This document shows positions 52,601-61,600 of a stretch of DNA of 64,000 bases, piece after piece. The notes under the pieces are model-generated. The model was not told the DNA's origin. It saw only the letters and a program-made list of their open reading frames with translations, and ran no database searches. Within the stretch, counting starts at the first letter, position 1. The number at the start of each line of letters is the position of its first letter. A program made the translations under genes and the position numbers. This stretch comes from Phoronis australis (lineage: Eukaryota > Animalia > Phoronida). The stretch spans positions 62,001 through 126,000 of the forward strand of contig NMRA01000725.1 in NCBI GenBank assembly GCA_002633005.1. Reading direction: 5' to 3'.

Positions 52601-55600
52601 TTACCATTCGGAGCATAGATCACTTCGGCATGGGAACTGAAATTCTTCGGTTCGCCGCTGTAACTGAAAGATACCTCGATACTTTCAAAGTTTTCAAATG
52701 GACTCTTGAAGCGCAGGTTCGCTACAAACTTTCCATTGAAGTTGACATCAGATCTCAGGTAAAGCCGCCTACCAGAAGCGTACTTGAAAGTTGCTCTTGT
52801 ACTGTAAATACCGTCTTCATGGTTTGCTGTCAGTAGGAATTTCTCGGATGGTGTCATGAGGCTCAGATGACCATTGAAACCATTGCTTATATTTAGAGAG
52901 CCGTCGAGTGCAGCAATACTTAGTAGGTGGGGGCCAAAATTTGCGTTGATAGTCATTGATTGAGACTGAATATTGACTTTCGAGCTAAAGTATTCGGCAA
53001 ATGGAGTCTTCAGCATGAAATTGCTTGTTATGTTTTTGTTGTTTTCCTGTAAGTCTGCGGTCAAGACAATTGTCTTTCTATCAGAGAGCTGCACAGTGGA
53101 GTTAAGTTTGAAGTCGCGTTCACCGTTCTGATGATACAAGGAGAAGGCAACATCTTCAACTGGCTGAAATGGGGTCTTCAGAGCTACGTTGGCAGTGATG
53201 GTACGTCGGTCACCTACAATGTGCTGTCCGTTAACAGTCAGGGTAATGTTTTCCATGTGGGGGGACTGTACGCTGAACTCAGAGTCAACCATGGAGTCGG
53301 TAGAACGATGTCTCCATTTGCAGTAAAAGTCAAGGGGGGCAAACCTGAAGAAGATCGGTAAAGGGACGGCGATGTCGAGCTTGCCGGTGTTGCTGATACG
53401 CCATTTGCGAGCATGGTGTGTCATGTCAAACTTGAAGCCGGCTCGTTTACGTCCTTCTCTCCTATATGCCATGCCGGTTTCAAACTGCCGGAGATCGTCC
53501 TTATGAGCAGCCGTCAGTGACACTTCATAAAATCCTTTGAAAGGTGTCTTGATTGTAATGGAACCGTCAAGATCTCTTGTGGACTTTCCTCGGTTCTGAA
53601 AGTTAATTGTAACGTTGACTTGGTCCCACTTGACCACAATTTCAGTGTTCAACATAGCTAAAGCACGATCGCTGTGTTTTAATGAAACGCAAATGTCTTT
53701 TAATTCCTTCCACGGTGTCTCAAGGGTCACCTTGCCTCGAATATCGTGTCCATCCTGACTTCTGCCCTCACCGGTAAAGGAAACGGTGATGACTTCTTTT
53801 GGTTCCAGAGTTATTTCCAAGCTTGAGTTTATCTGTCGAGAATCGTGTATGTGTGTGAACTTCGCCGTGACATCTTTCACGTGCTTGTGTGGAGTTTTCA
53901 GGTTCACCTGGCCTTCGAAGCATGGACGACGTGGTGAGCTCTTGTCGGTACCGAAAACGGTGATTTTGTAGTCGACAGCGTCAACCTTGACCTGGGTATG
54001 TGCCTTAATAGATTTGGCTTCGATTTTGTGGCCCCATACAAATTTGAGAGTGTTCGCGTCATTGAATGGGGTGTTGACTATCAGGTGACATTGGATGTTT
54101 GATTTTGAAGAATATTGCACATCCAGGTTACCACCGACTTTCTTGTCCTTGACCCAGGCGAAAGAACCACCAACTGAATAGTTTGTGGCCCTTATTCCGT
54201 ACTTAAATTTCAGAGAGATGTCTTCAAGATTTTCGATGGTACTTGCCAGGCTTAGCTCACTGTTGACAAAAGGACCAGAAGAGTATTGCCTTATTTTGAA
54301 TTCCCCAGTAACAGAGATCTTTTCGCGATTCCACTGAGCGGACACGGTGGACTTTTCACCCGAGTTAAAATCGAGGTCAAAATGGCCAACATGAATTGGG
54401 TGAATGAGTCGAAGATTAACGAGGTGCTTATAAGACGACCTGTTACTGTTATTCTTGTAGCTACCAGTGAGGGTTACATTCTTTCTCTCATCTCGTCCAG
54501 CATCCCAATTCACGGACATCTGGCCGTGAACAGCTAAGGGGAAATCGCTACTAAGCTTGTAGTAGCTTTTAATTTGCCTTGTTGGAAAGACCAAGTCAAG
54601 TATGCCAGACATTTCTTCACTGTTCATGTTCATCTTCGCTTCAGCCGAGTACACATTTCCCAGCAAGTTGGTGGAAAGGAGTACTTCCTTGCTTCTATTT
54701 TTGTTAACAAGACGAGCCTCAATAGAATACTCATCTCCTTGGACATTGAGAGAGACAGTAGTTGTGACTACACGAGGGTTGAAGGTGTATAGGTCAACAA
54801 TGGAATACCTCTTTCCAGGTAGTTTGAGTTTACTGGTGGCTGAACATCCCTCGGGCTGCTTCATCAGTTTGAATTGGGTAGAATAGGCCTTGTCGCGGAG
54901 TTGGGCTGAGGTTGAGGCATCAAAATCCTTCCAGCCTAGTGTGGCGGTTCCATTTATGGAAATCTGTTCCTCGTTTGCCATCTGAACACTCGTGGAGAAA
55001 GTGTGTTTCCCCACCTGGGGCTGACAGTACCTCGTTTGCATGACGAAATTGTTGCCCTGGTGGTCAAGTGTCAAGTCGTTAGTGAAAGCATTGGTGGTAG
55101 TTTGTTCAAACTTGTCATAAAAGCTGAGCCTGAGCGTGTCAGCTTCCAGGTTGCCGTTGGCTGTGAACTTCTTCAGTCGATGAGAGCTCTCATCCTTCAA
55201 GTAAAAGCTGCTGTTCAATTTCTTATTGTTCCAGTGTCCAATGAATTTCATCTCATGGTCCATCAGGGTCTCGACGTTGTACGACATGTCGTAGGTAGTG
55301 AGCAGGTCCTAAAATAACGAAAATTAGATATTGTTATGTAGTACTAAAAGAATTTGGTGTGTTCTTGGAAAACATGTTTTCACTGGCGATATTTGGAAAT
55401 GTCTGCTTTCATGGTGTCAAAATGTTTGAGAGGAAAGAAAAACAAACGTAGGTTATCCAGTTCTAGTTCAGCCAATGTCCCCTCCCCCTCAAAACACAGC
55501 AAACATAAGAACAAACATTCGTGGCCCCAAAATTACTACAACCAATGCTTGCTCTTTTAAGGTAACAGTTTATTGACTTTGCTTCAAATTATTGTCTATT

Positions 55601-58600
55601 TAGGTGACGAAACTTCGAACTCAAACTCCCAAGAAGAATAAGAAGTGCCAACTGAATCAAGCTGACATTGCAAATTTCAAACTCGAAGTAACCAACTCAG
55701 TGGGAATAAATCGTGCTAAAGCCTTCAATAAACTACATTCTGCCTATGACGTTATCGCGTGTTGTTAGGAACAATGGGTTCCACCCACGAGCATGAGCCA
55801 AAACAATGCAAAGCTGGCGCTTTTACAAAATGGTAAAAACAGCAAAGTGAAACCCTACCAAGCCTGGAAACTTCAGTTGGCTCCTAGACTCCAGTTTCAT
55901 TGGCAACTGAGTGCCAAAGTCGGTGTCGTGCGAAATGAAGATATTTTTTCTCTTGTCCCTGAAGTCCTCACCGTAGTTCAAGTCAATCTCAAAATCGACG
56001 TGCTTTTTGTTGAAGTTCAACTCCACGGCCAGCTGGTGATTGTAGTCTGTGTAGGCGTCGCTGCTCACCAGGCTTTTACAAAAAGAGAGAACAGTTATAG
56101 ATATAGCTGAAAATAAAAAATCCATTGGTTCCAATTTGCTTAGAAACAATTGTCCTCAAGGTACATGTAAGACAATATTTGTAAATTGAGAGAGACATCT
56201 TCGTACTTTAAGACATCATGAATGGTATCCGCGTTTCGCCCTTGCTATTATCTTGCCAAAATCAAAGGCAAAATCTCACAGTATTGAAACCACGATTTTA
56301 TAAGGTGAAACATTTTAAACCAAATACATGAGAATATTAAACAATGTCAACTGTTCGGCTTTTTATTAAAAAATACGGTTTAGACCCATCAACAGATATT
56401 AAGGACGACATTTCCCATCCAGGTTTGTGATACAAAATATTGTTCTGAAAAACTCGTCAGCTCTCAAAAGTATGGATTAAGCTTGAAAACAAAGCCTGTA
56501 AAACCAACAAACGTGACTAACACTTTAAGCGAGTTACAAGATACATGTGTGGAATGACTACAAACCAGAAACCAGGGGACCCAGCTTATGGCATGGAACA
56601 AATGGTTTAGTTGAATTCTAGTTTTTCAGTCAATTGTATTACCAAAGGGCAGAAACACATTTGATGAAATTACCAAAACAGGGTTTGGTATTGTATAAAC
56701 CCTCATTCCATCCAAGCAGCGAGCTTTAGATTTTGACGTCTTACTACAATAAAATAAATCTTAAATGTTTCCTTTCACAGAGTTTCTACAGTGATTTCTG
56801 GTCTCCAAACAAACCTGACAGTTCGTTATTCGTTAACTTGCTTTATTAATTACAAAGCAGATAAGCCTGTAATATCGCGTTTGTCGAACTTATCAACTTC
56901 AAACCAGGGCCCGATCTCTAATTTTTTTACTCGAAATGGAACTCGAAATTATGGTTGGTATTTTTCTACTCTACTTTTGTAGGAACTCAAAATATGTGTC
57001 TATCATTCTATGCTCGAGTACATAATGACTTACGAGAATAGATAGTTTGCAGTTGAGAAGTCAACATTAAGGCTAAAAGTTCGAGTTTGAACTCGAAATT
57101 TCGAATTTTGCTCGAGTTAGTAGCACGAATATAAAGGTCTTCAAGTGCAAACTTGGACTAGAAATTCATAGGCATAAACTACATGTATAATGTAATCGAG
57201 CACAGTCTGATAACCACTTATCTCGAGTTCGCACAAAAGGAGCAGAGAAATTGTAAAAAATATTCGAGATCGATTGGGTACAAAGATTAGAGACCGGGCC
57301 CAGGTGTATTCTTTTGATAAATAATTTCAATCGGTCTACTTTGATGGAGACTCACGTGTTGAGAGAATATGATCCCGGCTTTAGATTCCTGATTTTCTCG
57401 CTAAAGACGAAGCTTTTCTTGGGTTTGCCAGCACTGTTGTACTCGATCTCAATACGAGTGGCTATAGCCTTGCCCTTGAAGTTGAGTAGACCCGAGACCT
57501 TGGAGTCAAACAGTTCGCTGCGCAGCTGCACAGATCCAATCAACTTTTTCTGGCTGGAGCTTATAGACTGTTCAAGATTCACTGTTTGAAAATTAAAAAA
57601 GACATGTTGAAAACTGTAACCTGCAGCCTGGATGCGCAAAACAAGAATTCACAGGGGCTGTGTAGTTGTCAAAGTTTTATGTTGAACCAAGCTAAAGTTC
57701 ATCCTGTTCTCAATTTCATTAGTATTACTTTACAATACATGTATTCAGGCTTCGTGTCTGCTAATATATGCATGACTTAAAAGTGAGAATTCACGTATCG
57801 CACCACCGTGGTATACTGGCTCCCATTTCATTATTAGATATGAATGAAACATGCAACCTGGTTGTCATTGAAATTTCGAATCTGCCGTGCTAACCTTTGA
57901 ACATGACGGGTACTTTGAACATCTTGTTGAGTGTGAGATCGCCAGAGTATTTCTTGTTTTTCTGGTACTTCACGGAGCCAGACAGTGTGATTGGCTTACG
58001 TTCTGGAATGCGCACCTCAAGGTTGGGCGTGTACGTGAACACTTTGTTCTCCTGATCTGTCCGCAGCTGGGCTGAGAAGTAGTACTCTTTCTCTTCATCC
58101 ACTATCATGGTGAGAGTGGCACGCTTCAGGTCGTCGCGGATTGTGTAGGCACCTGCAGAAAGGGAGAAAACATTGTAAAAGTTCTAACAGAATTGACCGT
58201 TCATAAAAAAACAAGAGGCGTGCAGAAGCGATGCATCTGAGATGGACGAGACCTAGATCTTTAAATGCATCAACTTGCTACAGATGTCTTTAAAACAACA
58301 AATAAAAATCAAAACAGAACAAATGTTTTTGATCAAATTCTTAGTTTAATACAAGAATTTTGGTGTATTCTTATAACTTTTTCGCAAAATGCCATGTCCT
58401 GGAATTGGTGGGTAAAACATTCAGAGCATGTTCCCTCGCTAACAAACAAGACTCACCGTTCAAATTGACCTGCTTCCAGGGTGAGACAAACTCAAGCTTT
58501 GATGACCAATCAGCCGTGTTCAACTCGTACTCGACGGCGATGTTGCGATCAATGCTGGATCCTGGGGTGTTGAAACCCATGCTGGTCATGTACTTCATGT

Positions 58601-61600
58601 AGGTCTCACCGCCACGGCGCACCTTCTCTGTCTTGTACTTGGCCTGGAAGTTGTAGCCTTCCATTGAGTCAGGCTTATGTAGCACAACGCTGACTTTGCT
58701 GGGGCCGGTTAGTGGGAAAAATGGGGCACCACTCTTGCTCAAGGCGTTGGGGAACTGCAACTCGCCACACAGCCTGATACCTAGCGCCCTCTCCAGGTAA
58801 GAACCAGTGCATCGCTTCTTCTCAACGCGTGTGCCGGTGATCATCTTCTGTTCACGGTCCTCTTCTTTGTGAATGATGAAGAACTTGCTCCTGGAAAAGA
58901 AAAGGAAATTGGAATTCATAAGAACAAAGACAAACGCCTATAAAATCCTAGGTCAGAAAGGTGAGGCAAAAACAATTTTTACTTTTGTAGCTGTACTCTG
59001 TATGGATATAAAAAAGTAAAACAAAAGAAGACAGTATGCGGCTATTTTACATGAAACTTGGACAAGATTGTATTTGGTAGCAGATAAATGTTCTTGAATC
59101 ACCAGTGGTATAGTACAAAACTAGACTATAGTCATCAGTTGATAGGTGGCGCTGTGCGAGTTGATAGGTGGTGCTGTGCAAACACACGCTTGGTACCAGA
59201 TACATCTTCTTGAATCACCAGTTGTAATATACAAAACTAGACTACAGTCATGGGTTGATAGGTGGCGCTGTACGAGTTGATAGTCGCTAACATACAAAAC
59301 TAGACTACAGTCATTACTATCATAGCTTCTTAGAGTAAAAATACAATTCATTATTGCTGTGGGACACTTACTGGATGTCGAAGACTTCCATCTTGTCCTT
59401 GGGCGTGTTCAAGTTGAAGGTGAACTCTCCATTCTTCATCGACAGTTTGCCATCCATGAAGGTACTGGAGTGGACGGTGGTCACCATCTTGATACCTGAC
59501 CTGGCCACGAATGCGTCCACTGTCATCACACTGGACACTTCAACAGCACCACTGAAAGCAGGACAATGTAACAACATCAAACTAAGTCAATTACACATGG
59601 TCAACAGTTGCAACATCAACATAAAAAAACCCATTCTACAAGAAGAAACCATAATTGGAATTGAACATTGACTGCAATTGCGACATTAGAACATGGTCCA
59701 ATGAAACAGCTTCATACCTTGGCTTAATGTGCCCGTCAATGTCGAACTCGTGTGGAGAAGTCATCAGCTTGCGCACATCAACATGGCCGCCGAGTTTCAG
59801 GTTGATGGAGGCGGTTCCATTGACAGTCAGGTTGAGAGGCAGACCAATCATTGTTGGTACAATCAAACTGGTGTCAAGGAACATGACGCTCTTGGAGTAG
59901 TCAATATCTTGGTCAGATGCCAACTGGAAAAACATATGAAAGATGGTCATAATGACTCCGCCTGCAATCTTGTGGTTATAACACAAACAGATTTGATACT
60001 TATAATGCAAAGTGAACATCTTAATCAATTCAGTCTATTGATGACAAAACACCCAATTGGCAGATTACTGCAAACACATATTTTGTGGATTTAACATGCA
60101 TTTTCAATTGCAAATGAAAGTTTGATATGACGACTTGATATCAATTGCACTCATTGATAATGTGCGGTGGTATTTACCTTGATGAGGATATCAAGAGGAT
60201 TGAAAGTGTCTTTGTTGTTGAGTGGGTCAAAGCCAGCGAACTCGCCAAAGGCAATCTCATTTCCAAACACTTTGACAGAAGCAGAGCCCCTCGTCATGTC
60301 ATCCATATGGGCACCAAACTAAAAAATGTAAAAACGCACATGAGAAAGAGGCAGAAATATAACCTGCAACAATTTTGTTTGCGTATGACTTAACCTTTGG
60401 TTGTACATTGCATCTATTGAAACATATAAGACACATGCCACCGGAGCAACAGATGAATTAATGAATAAAGTTTTGACTCTATAATCAGCATCAGTGGAAA
60501 TGCATCTGTAATAAAAACCATACTCTACACAGAGGTCTTTAAAGTGATGTACGTATACAAGAAGGCAGACCATTTCATACACACATTAAGGTCAACCTAA
60601 ACACTATATCTTGAGTAAGCTACAGACTTTGATACATACCTTACTATGTACCTTCTGGACATCATCGTTTTTGATAACATTGCGTCTCTTGCGGTTGAGC
60701 ATGTTGCTCATCTCATTCTGTTGGAAGTAGCCATTGGGGCCGAAGAATGACTCGACGAGGTATTCGAATCCCTCGATGCGTCCCTCCAGCTCTAGAAAGT
60801 TCAGTGACTCTCCGAACACATCCAGGGTAAGGTTGACCGTGGCTGAACGAGGCACGTACGACTTTGTGGAGAAGAGAACATTGCTCTCAACCTTGCCTCC
60901 GACGTTGAGGATCTGGGAGAAGAATGACTTCTCGTAGTTACGTGAGAACTTCCTAGCATCATTGTTGTATTCTTTTGACAGCTCCTCCTCTTCAAGGATC
61001 TCACGCACGGTCCACTTGAATGGGTCCGAGGTCTCCATCAAGTTGGTCAAGTGGGTCCACACGAATGTGCCAATCTGGTTCGACTTCTCCGACTCAAGGA
61101 CGGCTTTGACATTATCAATGATGTTCTTATCGGCGCAGCGCATCACGGCCAAGTAAGCATGGGCGCGGATCTCAGTGTCCTCCTCAGCATCTCTGAACAC
61201 AGACATCATCTTGGAGTACTGCAAGCAAATGAAAGAAATGGGTCACGTAGAAGCACATGTGATCAAATAGGTTAATGTATGCTCAACAAATTAAGGTTTA
61301 CAAAATTTCAGAGAAACTTTCATAAATTATGGTCTTCCAAATCGTAATCTGTTAATATCTTGGGTGTTAAAAACACCAAATTCTTCATAACCATCTAAGA
61401 ATATTTTCAAAATGGAATCTGAAAAGTAAAATTTCATGAATGTCAATTACGGAAATAACTCACGTCGAAGGGGCACTGAAGACGACGGAAAGCTTGGATG
61501 GCAGCGACACGAATATCAGTGGCCTCCTTCTTGTTGGTGATGCATCGGCCGAGAGTGTCGACGGCCTTCATAGCATGTCCAGTGTTGCCGAGTGCCTTGA

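Larger units (their letters stand above)
38695..54740. repeat. Tandem segmental duplication 38695-44238 vs 44240-54740 joined by single N
   Basis: GCCAATTATCTCCCAGGCTTCAA at 38695 and 44240; ATACTCATCTCCTT at 44238 and 54740; length difference explained by Academ insertion. Confidence 0.92.

Noticed and set aside
40656-54886. Plus-strand ORFs overlapping the giant exons
   Set aside because: Antisense shadows of coding sequence with no recognisable motifs
40427-55287. 1245-aa and 1451-aa ORFs as stand-alone intronless genes
   Set aside because: Both end at splice donors in phase with neighbouring LLTP exons; no own start or signal peptide
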